From contig JAJEHI010000048.1 of NCBI GenBank assembly GCA_022823775.1, positions 42,267 through 106,266 on the forward strand: 64,000 nt of DNA, read 5' to 3'. Of the stretch, positions 28,690 through 38,774 are shown one piece after another. Numbering within the stretch: the stretch's first letter is position 1; every line of letters begins with the position of its first letter. Both the position numbers and the translations under genes were made by a program. Below the pieces are notes generated by a model. The model was not told the origin of the DNA, made no database searches, and worked only from the letters and a program-made list of their open reading frames with translations. Source of the stretch: Defluviicoccus sp. (GTDB lineage Bacteria > Pseudomonadota > Alphaproteobacteria > MPNO01).

Positions 28690-29979
28690 ATGACGGCCGC
28701 GCTCGTCTTCGGGCTGCTCGCGCTCGGCCTGTTCCTCAGCGTACCGATGTTCATCGTGCTGACCGGCACGGCGTTCGTCGTCTTCGCGCTGACCACGCCG
28801 ATCCCGCTCTCCATCCTGCCGCAGCGCGTGTTCGCCGGGATCGAGAATTTTCCGCTGATGGCGATCCCGTTCTTCGTGCTGGCCGCCAACATCATGGGCA
28901 AGGGCGGGCTTTCGGCGCGGCTGGTGCGGTTCATCGAGTCGCTGGTCGGCCACCTGCCCGGCGGGCTCGGCGTGACGGTGGTGCTGACCTGCGTGCTGTT
29001 CGCCTCGATCACCGGTTCCAGCGCGTCCACCATCGTCGCCGTCGGCGGGATCCTGTACCCGGCGCTGGTGCAGGCGGGCTACTCGGAGCGCTTCTCGATC
29101 GGCGTGATCACCTGCTCGGCCCTGATCGGCATGATCATCCCGCCGAGCAACGCGATGATCGTGTTCGGCGCGGTCGCCGGGGTGTCGATCGGCGCCCTGT
29201 TCATGGCCGGGATCGGCGCGGGCGCGGTGTTCGCGCTGCTCTACGGGGTCTATTGCGTCGTCTGGTCCATCGCCAACCGGGTGGAGCGCCGCCCACGCGC
29301 GACGCTCGAAGAGCGCTGGCGGGCAACGCGCGAGGTGGCGTGGGGCATCGGCCTGCCGATCGTCATCGTCGGCGGCATCTATGGCGGCGTGTTCACGCCG
29401 ACCGAGGCGGCCGCGGTCTCGGTGGTCTACGCCGCCTTCGTCTGCGTGCTGGTGTACCGCGAGCTCGACCTGCGCGGGCTCATGCTGGTCTGTCTGGAAG
29501 CCGGGGTGATCAGCGCGCGCATCCTCATCATGGTGGGCGCGGCGAGCCTGCTGTCCTGGCTGTTCACCCTGTCCGGCATCACCCGCGACATCGTCGCGCC
29601 CTTCGCCGACCTCAAGGAGTCGCCGGGGATCGTGCTGCTGCTGGCGAACGGGCTCTTTCTGGTCTCCGGCATGTTCATCGACGTGTTCTCTAACATCCTG
29701 ATCCTGGTGCCGATCCTGCTCGGCACGGTGACCGCGGCCGGCATCAACGGCGTCCATTTCGGCATCGTCACCTCGGTCAATGTCGATATCGGCAACATCA
29801 CCCCGCCCTTCGGCTTCAACCTGTTCATCGCGAGCGGCACGTTCAACAAACCCTATCTAACCGTGCTGCGGGCGGTGCTGCCGTGGCTTGCCATCGCCTT
29901 GTTCTGCCTCGCCATCGTCACCTACGTGCCGGAGATCAGCCTCTGGCTGCCGAGGCAACTCTACCCGCAGATGTCCTGA
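28690..29979 (+). CDS. dctM: TRAP transporter large permease (DctM family)
   Basis: 429 aa polytopic membrane protein. Confidence 0.85.
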   Translation: MTAALVFGLLALGLFLSVPMFIVLTGTAFVVFALTTPIPLSILPQRVFAGIENFPLMAIPFFVLAANIMGKGGLSARLVRFIESLVGHLPGGLGVTVVLTCVLFASITGSSASTIVAVGGILYPALVQAGYSERFSIGVITCSALIGMIIPPSNAMIVFGAVAGVSIGALFMAGIGAGAVFALLYGVYCVVWSIANRVERRPRATLEERWRATREVAWGIGLPIVIVGGIYGGVFTPTEAAAVSVVYAAFVCVLVYRELDLRGLMLVCLEAGVISARILIMVGAASLLSWLFTLSGITRDIVAPFADLKESPGIVLLLANGLFLVSGMFIDVFSNILILVPILLGTVTAAGINGVHFGIVTSVNVDIGNITPPFGFNLFIASGTFNKPYLTVLRAVLPWLAIALFCLAIVTYVPEISLWLPRQLYPQMS

Positions 29980-30008
29980 GCGGGGCGTCCTTCGACAGGC
30001 CGCTCGCG

Positions 30009-31292
30009 TCAGGCGTCGGGCTTGCGGTTGCTCCAGAAATGCTCGGCGCGGCGGGCGAGGCGTTCGTCGAGCCAGCGCTTCGCGCGGGCGCCGTCGCCGC
30101 TCCTGAGCGCCGCCTCGAGCAACGTGTCGTGGAACGCGTCGCGCTGGGTCTTGCTGCCGCCGAGCCGGATAATCTCGTCCCAGATCGGCTCGGTCTTCGC
30201 GACGACCCGGTCCCACTCGCCCCGGACGAAGGCGTGCTGCGCCTCGTTGAGGGGGATCACCACCCGCTCCCAGATGTCGTTTCCGGACGCCCGGCCGCGC
30301 GCGCGCAGGATGTCGAGATGCCGCTCCGCGGTCTCCCAGTCGCGCCCGCCCGCGAGCGCCATGCCGACATGCGAATGGTGGAACGGCGAATCCTCGGGCC
30401 GGTCGAGCTGATCCCTGAGGATGTCGACGAAGGGCTGCCAGCGTTCGCCGACATCCATGCCGAAGAGTTCGAAGCGCCACAGCGTCGACACCGTGTTGCG
30501 CAGGTCCAGCCCGCGCGGCGACGGCTCGCGCTCGAACCAGTCGCGGCACATCTCCGAGGCCGCGTCGTAGCCGCCGACCGCGACCCGGAACAGCACCAGA
30601 TGCCACAGCATGTGGTTGCGGTAGTAGTTCATGTGGACGCAGGCATCGAGCGCCGGCGGCACCCGCTCCAGCGCCTCGTCGTAGGCCTCGAGGTCGTAGA
30701 GGGCGTGCGTCAGCGCGTGAACGCCCCAGGTATCCTCGGGATTTTGCGAGATGCAGCGCTCGGCCCAGCGCACCGCCTCCTCTCCCTCTCCCTGCTCCTC
30801 CAGGACGAAGGCGAGGAAGCCGTGCACGAAGGAATCCTCGGGCAGCGCCGTCAGCAGCGTCTCCGACAGTTCCCGCATGTCGGCGAAGCGCCCCTGGAAG
30901 AACCACATCAGATAGAGCCGCTGCGCGATCGCGAGGTCCGCCGGCCAGGCGCCGAGATGGGCGCGCATCGCCGCCTCGGCGTCGCGGGGCCGCAGGTTCA
31001 CATAGTGGTCGAGCGCGGCCACCAGGCTTCGTTCGCGCTCCGAACCCGTGCCGGCGGCTTCCCGGGCCGCCGACATGGCGGCACGCGCCTCGGCGAATTC
31101 CTCCTCGACGAAATGGGCTACCGCGAGCCCGGCATGGGCGGCGGCGAGCCCGGAATCCCCGGCCACCGCGTCGCGGAAGCAATCCACCGTGCGTCGGTCC
31201 CACGACAGCAACCCGTCGACGCCCCGGTCGAACGCGGCGGCGGCGTCGGACGAACCGGTCGACAGGGGAAGCCGATAGGCATCGAGCTGCAT
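30009..31292 (-). CDS. Tetratricopeptide-repeat protein
   Basis: 427 aa, entirely alpha-helical with a TPR-like repeat pattern (A/L/Y/W periodicity); cytoplasmic. Confidence 0.55.
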   Translation of the reverse strand: MQLDAYRLPLSTGSSDAAAAFDRGVDGLLSWDRRTVDCFRDAVAGDSGLAAAHAGLAVAHFVEEEFAEARAAMSAAREAAGTGSERERSLVAALDHYVNLRPRDAEAAMRAHLGAWPADLAIAQRLYLMWFFQGRFADMRELSETLLTALPEDSFVHGFLAFVLEEQGEGEEAVRWAERCISQNPEDTWGVHALTHALYDLEAYDEALERVPPALDACVHMNYYRNHMLWHLVLFRVAVGGYDAASEMCRDWFEREPSPRGLDLRNTVSTLWRFELFGMDVGERWQPFVDILRDQLDRPEDSPFHHSHVGMALAGGRDWETAERHLDILRARGRASGNDIWERVVIPLNEAQHAFVRGEWDRVVAKTEPIWDEIIRLGGSKTQRDAFHDTLLEAALRSGDGARAKRWLDERLARRAEHFWSNRKPDA

Positions 31293-31409
31293 GATGTCGT
31301 CCCCGCCGATTTGCTGTAGTCTGAATCAGTTTAGCGGCGCCCGAAAAAGGCGATCAAGCAGGATGGCGGCCGGCCGCGCGCCGCCGTACGGCCGCGGGGA
31401 GGTGTCGCG

Positions 31410-32225
31410 ATGGATGGGTTGATCGGCTCGGCCCGGCTTTACGAATGGTCGCCCGGCCTCGCGGCCGCCTGGGGCGACCTGCTGCGCTGGGTGAGCGAGA
31501 CGGCCGGCGTCGCCTACGAGGTTATTCCGCGCGACGTGCCGATGGGGCTCGACGAGCTTTGGGCGCGCGGCGACATGGGCTGCGTCGCGATGTGCGGCTA
31601 CCCCTGGGCGCTGGCCGTGGAACCGCCCCGCCTGCTCGCCGCCCCGGTGCCCGCGCCGCCGCGCTACGGAGACCGGCCGGCTTATGTGAGCGACTTCGTG
31701 GTGCCCGCCGACAGCCCGTTCGAGACCCTGGAAGACACGTTCGGCCACCGCTTCGCCTACTCCACCACGCACTCGCAGTCGGGCTACAACGCGGCGCGCT
31801 ATCATCTGCTGCCCTACCGGACGGCGGACCGGCCGTCGCTGTTCGGCGAGGTGCTGGGGCCCTATATGCGCCAGGGCGCGGTGCTCGACGCGCTCGCCGC
31901 CGGCGAGGCGGATGTCGCCGCGGTCGACGGGTTCGCGCTCGACCTGCTGCGTCATCACGAACCCGATTCGGCAGGCCGCGTGCGCGTGGTCGCCACCACC
32001 GAGGCGGCGCCGATCCCGCCCATGGTGACCTCGCTCGCCGCGGTCGACGCGGGCCGACGGCGCCTCGTCGAAGCGCTGCTCGCCGTCGGCGATGCGCCCG
32101 GGATGGCGGCGACGAGGGACGCGCTGCTGCTCAGCCGCTTCGAGACGGTGCCGGGCGAGGCGTTCGACGAGCTGATCGACCGCCAGCGCGCGGCCGAGGA
32201 CGCGGGCTACGCCAGCATCGCCTGA
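31410..32225 (+). CDS. PhnD/SsuA-like periplasmic-binding-fold protein (no signal peptide evident)
   Basis: 271 aa. It resembles phosphonate/phosphite ABC substrate-binding proteins; the N-terminus is not hydrophobic. Confidence 0.45.
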   Translation: MDGLIGSARLYEWSPGLAAAWGDLLRWVSETAGVAYEVIPRDVPMGLDELWARGDMGCVAMCGYPWALAVEPPRLLAAPVPAPPRYGDRPAYVSDFVVPADSPFETLEDTFGHRFAYSTTHSQSGYNAARYHLLPYRTADRPSLFGEVLGPYMRQGAVLDALAAGEADVAAVDGFALDLLRHHEPDSAGRVRVVATTEAAPIPPMVTSLAAVDAGRRRLVEALLAVGDAPGMAATRDALLLSRFETVPGEAFDELIDRQRAAEDAGYASIA

Positions 32226-32276
32226 CGCCGGCCGGGCGGACGCCCGGCGGAAGTCGCGCCGCCTCGACGGCCCCCT

Positions 32277-33446
32277 TCAAAGCCGCGCCTCCAGCCAGTC
32301 GAGCATCAGCGGCACGTTGTGGGCCCAGGCGTCGTGGGCGCAATGGGCGATACCGCCGTTCTTGGGGTCGTCGTAGATCTTGAGCGTCTTGTCGGCCGCG
32401 CCGGTCTCGGCGAACAGGCGTTCCGCGCCCTTGACGTCCATCAGCCGGTCGGGCCGCGGGTGGACGATCAGGGTCGGGCAGGTAATTTTTTCGGCGAGCC
32501 CCTCCATGGTGTAGGCCTTGAGCCGCTCCAGCGCCTCTTCGTGGCTGACGCCCCCGAGGAGCCGTCTCAGCGTGGGCTTGAGCCCGTCGTAGAACAAATA
32601 GATGTCGTCGAGCAGCGAGTAGCAGCCGCACCAGGCTATCAGCGCCCTCACCCGCTCGTCGAAGGCGGCGACGCGCGGCGCATAGTAGCCCGCCATCGAA
32701 ATTCCCATCAGGCCGATCCGGTCGGGGTCGACCTCGGGGCGCGACACCAGCCAGTCGATGGAAGCCATGCCGGGGACCTCGTAGTCGGGCCGCGTCGGGA
32801 TGCCCTTGAGATACATCGACGAGCCGCGCCCCGGCGTGTCCACCAGCAGCATGGCGATGCCGCGCTCGCACATCTGCCTGCCGGAGAAATAGATTTCCTC
32901 CGCGTAGGCGTCCGCGCCGCCGATGAAGAACACCGCCGGCCATTTCTTCCCCGGCGCCGGATCGGCCGGGTGGCAGAAATAGCCGTCATAGGTCTCCTCG
33001 CCGCAGGCGACCTCGACGATCTCGATCCGGGGCGAATGCAGCTTCGCCGCCTCGCGGAAGCAGGCCTGCGCCTTGGAGAACCGCTCGGCCCGGTCGGCCG
33101 CGCGGTCCTCGCCCAGGAACACGTCGGCCATGCGCCAGTACTGGTTGGCATGGAAGAAGTACTTCATCGCCGTCGTGTTCCGCCCGTCGGCGAGCGCCCC
33201 GCGCGCAAGGCCCTCGATCCTCTCGGCGAGCCCCACCCACGCCCGTTCCCAGCTGTCGGTGTCGCCCTCCTCGATCTCGCGGCAGCAGCGCGCGATATCG
33301 AACACGTCGCCGCCGCCCTGCTGGGCTTCCGCGACCAGACGCAGCGTCTGCGAGCCGAAGGCGTGGCTCGGAAACAGAAAATCGAACACGTCGTTCTCCC
33401 TCGATTGGCGCGCCGCCATATTCTCCCTAGACTCGGCCGCGCGCAA
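32277..33446 (-). CDS. Alpha/beta-hydrolase-fold enzyme (dienelactone hydrolase / S9-like)
   Basis: The nucleophile elbow is GISMAG (GxSxG); the helical N-terminal cap plus C-terminal hydrolase core resembles the 2,6-dihydroxypseudooxynicotine-hydrolase family. Confidence 0.7.
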   Translation of the reverse strand: MRAAESRENMAARQSRENDVFDFLFPSHAFGSQTLRLVAEAQQGGGDVFDIARCCREIEEGDTDSWERAWVGLAERIEGLARGALADGRNTTAMKYFFHANQYWRMADVFLGEDRAADRAERFSKAQACFREAAKLHSPRIEIVEVACGEETYDGYFCHPADPAPGKKWPAVFFIGGADAYAEEIYFSGRQMCERGIAMLLVDTPGRGSSMYLKGIPTRPDYEVPGMASIDWLVSRPEVDPDRIGLMGISMAGYYAPRVAAFDERVRALIAWCGCYSLLDDIYLFYDGLKPTLRRLLGGVSHEEALERLKAYTMEGLAEKITCPTLIVHPRPDRLMDVKGAERLFAETGAADKTLKIYDDPKNGGIAHCAHDAWAHNVPLMLDWLEARL

Positions 33447-33466
33447 ATCCGGGGACGGAGAGGGCG

Positions 33467-34507
33467 ATGTTTCTGCGGAACTGCTGGTACGTGGCGGCGT
33501 GGAGCCACGAGGTCGGGGAAGAACCGCTGGGCCGCACGCTGCTGAACGATCCGGTCGTGCTGTTTCGCACCGGGGACGGAACGCCGGTCGCGCTGGAGGA
33601 CCGCTGCTGCCACCGGGCGCTGCCGCTCTCGCTCGGGAGGGTGGAGGGCGGCAATCTGCGCTGCGCCTATCACGGCCTCCTGTTCGATCGCGACGGCGCC
33701 TGCGTCGAAGTGCCGGGGCAGACCCGGATGCCGCCCGGAAGCGCGGTCAGGTCCTACCCCCTGGTCGAACGGGCCGGCTGGATATGGATCTGGATGGGGG
33801 AGGAGACGCCCGACGAAGGCCTGCTGCCCGACTGGTGGTGGATGGACCGTCCCGACTGGAAGACCGTGCCCGGGAACAACGGGAAGCCCCTCTACTCGCG
33901 TTGCAGCCACCGGCTAATCGTCGACAACCTGCTCGACCTCTCGCACCTCGCCTTCGTCCACACCGACACCATCGGCAACGACGAGATCACCCGCTTCCCC
34001 TGCCGGACCGAGCGCGAGGCGCGTGCGGTTCGAATGGTGAGGCTGATGCCCGGTGTCGAACCCCCGCCGTTCTACAAGGCGGCCGGCGGGTTCGCGGGCA
34101 AGGTCGACCGCTGGCAGATCGTGGACGCGACCCTGCCTTGCTATGTCGACGTCGATGTCGGTTGCACCGAGGTAGGGCGCGGCGCGCTCGACGGCGACCG
34201 GGTGCAGGGGACCGCCTTCCACGTCCCCAACTGCCCGACGCCCGAGACCGAGCGCACGACCCACCATTTCTACGCCCATACCCGCCTGTTCCATACCGAC
34301 AGCGCAGAGATGGACGAGGTGTTCCGCACCGACTTCCTGCGGGTGTTCCACGAGGATCTCGCGATCATGGAAGCCCAGCAGCGCGTGTTCGATTCCCGGC
34401 CCGACGCGCCGCTGGTCGACATCAACGTCGACGCGCCCGCGCTCACCTTCAGGCGGATGCACGAAGACGCGCTCAAGGCGGAGGCCGGGGCGAGAACCGC
34501 CGCCTGA
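33467..34507 (+). CDS. Rieske non-haem iron oxygenase, alpha-only class (VanA / phthalate-family demethylase-monooxygenase-like)
   Basis: Rieske motif CCHRALPLSLG...CAYHG; NCWYVAAWSHEV is a typical VanA-like start. 346 aa. Confidence 0.8.
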   Translation: MFLRNCWYVAAWSHEVGEEPLGRTLLNDPVVLFRTGDGTPVALEDRCCHRALPLSLGRVEGGNLRCAYHGLLFDRDGACVEVPGQTRMPPGSAVRSYPLVERAGWIWIWMGEETPDEGLLPDWWWMDRPDWKTVPGNNGKPLYSRCSHRLIVDNLLDLSHLAFVHTDTIGNDEITRFPCRTEREARAVRMVRLMPGVEPPPFYKAAGGFAGKVDRWQIVDATLPCYVDVDVGCTEVGRGALDGDRVQGTAFHVPNCPTPETERTTHHFYAHTRLFHTDSAEMDEVFRTDFLRVFHEDLAIMEAQQRVFDSRPDAPLVDINVDAPALTFRRMHEDALKAEAGARTAA

Positions 34508-34528
34508 GCCGACAGGGAGAATGTTCGC

Positions 34529-35878
34529 ATGCCCATGAAGCCGCTCTGGGACCTCGCCGGGGATCTGGCCGAGGGCCGCACGACCTCGGCCGCGCTGACC
34601 GCCGAATGCTTCGACCGGATCGACGACCCGGACGGGGAGGGCGCGCGCGCCTTCATCCGCCTGTTCCGGGACGCCGCGATGGATGCGGCGCTCGCTTCCG
34701 ACCGGGCGCGGGGTCACGGCATCGTCCCTTCGCCGCTCGCCGGGATCCCGGTCTCGATCAAGGACCTCTGCGACGTGCGCGGCTACACCACCCTCGCCGG
34801 ATCGAAGGCGCTGGAAGGCCGCCCGCCCGCGACCGAGGACGCGCCGGTCGTCGCCCGACTCCGCGCCGCCGGCGCGGTCGTCCTCGGCACCACCAACATG
34901 ACCGAGTTCGCCTTCGGCGCGCTCGGCCTCAACCCGCACTACGACACGCCGCGCAACCCGTGGGACCGGGCGACGGGGCGTATTCCCGGCGGATCGTCCT
35001 CGGGCGCCGCCGTTTCGGTGACCGACGGCATGGCGGCGGTCGCGCTCGGCAGCGACACCGCCGGGTCGGTGCGAATGCCGGCGGGATTCTGCGGCATTAC
35101 GGGCTTCAAGCCGACCACGGGGCGCATCCCGATCGACGGCCTCGTGCCGCTAGCGGCCACCCTCGACAGCGTCGGCCCGCTCGGCAACAGCGTGCGGTGC
35201 TGCGCGCTGGTCGATGCGGTGTTCGCAGGGGAGAAGCCCGAACCGGTCGTCGTCCATCCGGTCGAACGCGCGACGATCGCGGTTCCGAAACGCCTCGTCT
35301 GCGACGATCTCGACGAAGCGGTCGCGAGCGGCTTCGAGTCGGCGCTCGACCGCCTGTCCGCGGCCGGCGCAAGGATCGTCGAGATCGAGTTCGCGGAGCT
35401 CGACGAGATCGCCCCGCTCAACGCCAGCGGGACCCTGCCGATCATGGAGGGCCATGCCTGGCACCGCGAATTGCTGGCCGAGAGGGGCGACCTCTACGAT
35501 CCGATCATCGTGCAGCGGCTGCGGGCCGGGGCGGAAATCCCGGCGCACGTCTATCTCGACCTGCTGGCCGCGCGGCGCGACCTCATCGCCCGCGCCGACG
35601 CGGTGACCGCGCCCTACGATGCCGTCGCGATGCCGACGCTCGCCTGGGTCGCGCCGCCGATCGCCTCGATCGGGAACAGCGCGGAGGAATGGCTGGCCGC
35701 CAACGCGCGCACGCTCCGCAACACCTTCGTCGGCAATTTCCTCGACCGCTGCGCCATCACCATGCCCTCCCACGAGCCCGGCTCCGGGCCGGTCGGCCTG
35801 ATGCTGATGGGCACCAGAGGCGGCGATGCCGCGCTGCTCAGCCTTGCGGCGGGGGTAGAGGCGGCGCTGGCGCGCTGA
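34529..35878 (+). CDS. Amidase (amidase-signature family)
   Basis: 449 aa. The amidase-signature motif is GGSSSGAAVSV, together with the Ser-cisSer-Lys triad context. Confidence 0.85.
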   Translation: MPMKPLWDLAGDLAEGRTTSAALTAECFDRIDDPDGEGARAFIRLFRDAAMDAALASDRARGHGIVPSPLAGIPVSIKDLCDVRGYTTLAGSKALEGRPPATEDAPVVARLRAAGAVVLGTTNMTEFAFGALGLNPHYDTPRNPWDRATGRIPGGSSSGAAVSVTDGMAAVALGSDTAGSVRMPAGFCGITGFKPTTGRIPIDGLVPLAATLDSVGPLGNSVRCCALVDAVFAGEKPEPVVVHPVERATIAVPKRLVCDDLDEAVASGFESALDRLSAAGARIVEIEFAELDEIAPLNASGTLPIMEGHAWHRELLAERGDLYDPIIVQRLRAGAEIPAHVYLDLLAARRDLIARADAVTAPYDAVAMPTLAWVAPPIASIGNSAEEWLAANARTLRNTFVGNFLDRCAITMPSHEPGSGPVGLMLMGTRGGDAALLSLAAGVEAALAR

Positions 35879-35880
35879 GC

Positions 35881-36657
35881 TCACCTGCCGGTGAAATTCG
35901 GCTTCCGCTTCTCGACGAAGGCGGTCATGCCCTCGCTCTGGTCGGCGGTCCCGAAGGTCGCCTGGAACAGGCGGCGCTCGAAACGGACGCCTTCGCTGAG
36001 CGTCGCCTCGTAGGACCGGTTGACCGCTTCCTTGACCATCAGCGCGATGGGGAGCGACATTCCGGCGATCTTCTGCGCGGTCTCGACCGCCTCGTCGACC
36101 AGCCGGTCGACGGCGACGACGCGGCTCACCAGACCCGAGCGCTCGGCCTCTTCGGCATCCATCGTCCGCCCGGTCAGGCACATTTCCATCGCCTTGGACT
36201 TGCCGACGAAGCGGGTCAGGCGCTGCGTCCCGCCGGCGCCCGGGGTGACGCCCAGCTGGATCTCCGGCTGGCCGAACCGCGCGTTGTCCGCGGCGATGAT
36301 GAAGTCGCACATCATCGCAAGCTCGCAGCCGCCGCCCAGCGCATAGCCCGCCACCGCCGCGATCACCGGCTTGCGGCAGCGCAGGATGTATTCCCAGTCG
36401 GCCGTGATGAAGTCCTCGGTGTAGGTGTCGGGCCAGCTCTTGGACTGCATCTCCTTGATGTCGGCGCCCGCCGCGAAGGCCTTTTCCGAGCCGGTGACCA
36501 CCATCGCGCCGATCGCGGAATCCGCCTCGAACGCGGTCAGCGCGTCGCGGAGCTCGCGAACCAGCGGGGTGGAAAGCGCGTTGAGCGCGGCGGGGCGGTT
36601 GAGCGTGATCAGCCCGACATTCTCGCGGGTCTCGATGACGATGTTCTCGTATGCCAT
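35881..36657 (-). CDS. Enoyl-CoA hydratase (crotonase family)
   Basis: 258 aa. LNALS...[19 protein letters not shown] is canonical crotonase. Confidence 0.85.
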   Translation of the reverse strand: MAYENIVIETRENVGLITLNRPAALNALSTPLVRELRDALTAFEADSAIGAMVVTGSEKAFAAGADIKEMQSKSWPDTYTEDFITADWEYILRCRKPVIAAVAGYALGGGCELAMMCDFIIAADNARFGQPEIQLGVTPGAGGTQRLTRFVGKSKAMEMCLTGRTMDAEEAERSGLVSRVVAVDRLVDEAVETAQKIAGMSLPIALMVKEAVNRSYEATLSEGVRFERRLFQATFGTADQSEGMTAFVEKRKPNFTGR

Positions 36658-36685
36658 GGACGCCTCGTCCTATTGGGGTTGGGGA

Positions 36686-37060
36686 CTATCGGGTGAGCAG
36701 GAAGCGGGCCGTGGTGTCGCCGCGCTCGGACACGAGCTCAAGCTCCAGCGACTCGCCGTCGCGCGCGTACCGGTCGGGCGGGTCGCACGGGGGGGCCGCG
36801 CATTCCGGCACCCAGCCGAGCGGTGGCAGGGTAAGGCGGTAGAACCGCCTGATCGCGGCCGGCTCCACCGGCCCCGACGCGACGGCGGTCGCCACCTGTC
36901 CGGTGGCGTGGTCGAACACCACCGCCGCCTCCGGCCGTTCGGTCAGCCCCGGCATCAGCGGAAGATCGGGAAACCCGTCGAAGAAATCGCCCGCCCGGAC
37001 GGCCGATGCGGCCAGAAGGACGGCAAGCGCGAAGAAAACCGCGAGACGAACCGGCCGCAT
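36686..37060 (-). CDS. Small exported hypothetical protein
   Basis: 124 aa with signal peptide MRPVRLAVFFALAVLLAASAVRA. It is the C-terminal part of track ORF 36686..37921, whose upstream part is antisense to mutM. Confidence 0.45.
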   Translation of the reverse strand: MRPVRLAVFFALAVLLAASAVRAGDFFDGFPDLPLMPGLTERPEAAVVFDHATGQVATAVASGPVEPAAIRRFYRLTLPPLGWVPECAAPPCDPPDRYARDGESLELELVSERGDTTARFLLTR

Positions 37061-37068
37061 GTCCCCCC

Positions 37069-37914
37069 TCAACGCTGCCGCGCGGCGCAATAGAAGGTCG
37101 AGCGTCCCGACTGCACGATCCGCCGCACCGCGCCGCCGCAATCGCAGCCCGGGCAGGGCTCGCCCTCGCGGCCGTAGACCTTGAACCGGTGCTGGAAATA
37201 GCCGAGCTCCCCATCGGGCGCGACATGGTCTCGGAGCGTCGAGCCGCCCGCGTCGATCGCCGAGGCGAGGGTCTCCCGGATGGCGCGGGCCAGCCGGCCG
37301 GCGCGCGCGGGCCCCACATTGGCGGCGAGGCGGCGGGGCGATATCCGGGATTCGAACAGGCTCTCGCAGACATAGATATTGCCGAGCCCGGCGACCACCC
37401 GCTGGTCGAGCAGAGCCGCCTTGATCGGGGTGCGCTTGCCCTCGAGCAGCGCCCGGAGCCGGTCCCCGTCGAATTCCGCGCCGGTGGGCTCGGGGCCGAG
37501 ATGCGCGATGAGCGGGTGGTCCGAAAGCCTGCCGTCCGCGATCCAGTCCATCATCCCGAAGCGCCTCGGATCGGCGAAACGGACGAACGTCCGGTTGCCC
37601 AGCACGAAGGTGACGTGCTCGTGGTTCGCGAGCGGGTGGGACGAAGCCCCGTCGGGGCCGTTCTCGTCCACGATCATGCGTCCCGACATGCCGAGATGGG
37701 CGAGCAGCACGCCGCCGTCGTCGAGGCCGATGGTCAGATATTTCGCCCGGCGGCCCACCGCGGTCACGGTCCGGCCGGTCAGGCGTTCCTCGAAATCCGG
37801 GGGCAGCGGGCGCCTGAGATCGCGACGCGCCACGCGCACGCCGTCGATGCGCCGACCCTCCATCGCGCGCGCGAGCCCGCGGCGGACGGTTTCGACCTCG
37901 GGAAGTTCGGGCAT
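37069..37914 (-). CDS. mutM: Formamidopyrimidine-DNA glycosylase
   Basis: [14 protein letters not shown] is the invariant N-terminus; the C-terminal zinc finger is CPGCDCGG...FYCAARQ. Confidence 0.9.
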   Translation of the reverse strand: MPELPEVETVRRGLARAMEGRRIDGVRVARRDLRRPLPPDFEERLTGRTVTAVGRRAKYLTIGLDDGGVLLAHLGMSGRMIVDENGPDGASSHPLANHEHVTFVLGNRTFVRFADPRRFGMMDWIADGRLSDHPLIAHLGPEPTGAEFDGDRLRALLEGKRTPIKAALLDQRVVAGLGNIYVCESLFESRISPRRLAANVGPARAGRLARAIRETLASAIDAGGSTLRDHVAPDGELGYFQHRFKVYGREGEPCPGCDCGGAVRRIVQSGRSTFYCAARQR

Positions 37915-37997
37915 GACGCAAACTAGCGCATTTTCATGCGAAGTCGAATGGCATCGCCGGGCGGGAACCGCGTTGGCGACCGGGCGCGCATGGGATT

Positions 37998-38771
37998 ATG
38001 GTCGACGCGATGGCGAAGAAACCCGGCACTGCGGAAGCGGGCGAGGCGCTGTTCGGATTCCGGAAGCTCGGCGCGGAAGAGCACGCCGAGCGGGTGCGCG
38101 GCGTCTTCGCCGCCGTCGCGCCGCGCTACGACCTGATGAACGACCTGATGAGCGGCGGCCTCCACCGGGTGTGGAAGGCGCTGATGATCGACTGGCTCGA
38201 TCCCCGACCTGGCTGGACGGTGATCGATATCGCGGGCGGCACGGGGGATGTCGCGCGCGGCATTCTCCGCCGCGCCGACGTCGAAATCGTCGTCTGCGAC
38301 CCGAGCGTCGAGATGCTGGAGGTCGGAATCGACCGGACGGTCGACAGCGGGCGGCTCTCCGGCATCCGGTTCGTCGCGGGCCGCGCCGAGGCGCTGCCTT
38401 TTCGGTCCGGTGGCGCGGATGCGTGCACCGTCGCCTTCGGTCTCCGGAACGTCACCGACCGGGCGGCCGCGCTCGGCGAGGCGCGGCGGGTCCTGAAGCC
38501 CGGCGGCCGGCTGCTGTGCCTCGAATTCAGCCGACCCGTCGCGGCGGCGTTGCGCCCGCTCTACGACGCCTATTCCTACGCGATCCTGCCCCGTCTCGGC
38601 GCCGCCGTGGCAGGCGATGCCGGCGCCTACCGCTATCTGGCCGACAGCATCCGGACCTTCCCCGACCAGGAAGCGCTTGCCGAGGAGTTTCGCGCCGCCG
38701 GCTTCGGGGCCGTTCGCTACCGTAATCTCAGTGCCGGCATCGCCGCCCTGCACTCCGCCTGGCGGACCTGA
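37998..38771 (+). CDS. ubiE: Ubiquinone/menaquinone biosynthesis C-methyltransferase
   Basis: The family motifs are YDLMNDLMSGGLHRVWK and the SAM-binding DIAGGTGD. Confidence 0.85.
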   Translation: MVDAMAKKPGTAEAGEALFGFRKLGAEEHAERVRGVFAAVAPRYDLMNDLMSGGLHRVWKALMIDWLDPRPGWTVIDIAGGTGDVARGILRRADVEIVVCDPSVEMLEVGIDRTVDSGRLSGIRFVAGRAEALPFRSGGADACTVAFGLRNVTDRAAALGEARRVLKPGGRLLCLEFSRPVAAALRPLYDAYSYAILPRLGAAVAGDAGAYRYLADSIRTFPDQEALAEEFRAAGFGAVRYRNLSAGIAALHSAWRT

Positions 38772-38774
38772 GCG

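Noticed and set aside
28147-29757. 536-aa minus-strand ORF antisense to dctQ/dctM (second TRAP set)
   Set aside because: It is extremely charged low-complexity (H/R/D/E/Q runs); the sense frames encode typical TRAP membrane proteins.
33073-36696. 1207-aa plus-strand ORF spanning the alpha/beta hydrolase through the enoyl-CoA hydratase region
   Set aside because: It crosses four well-supported genes on both strands in an alternative frame. It is a product of GC bias and not a giant protein.
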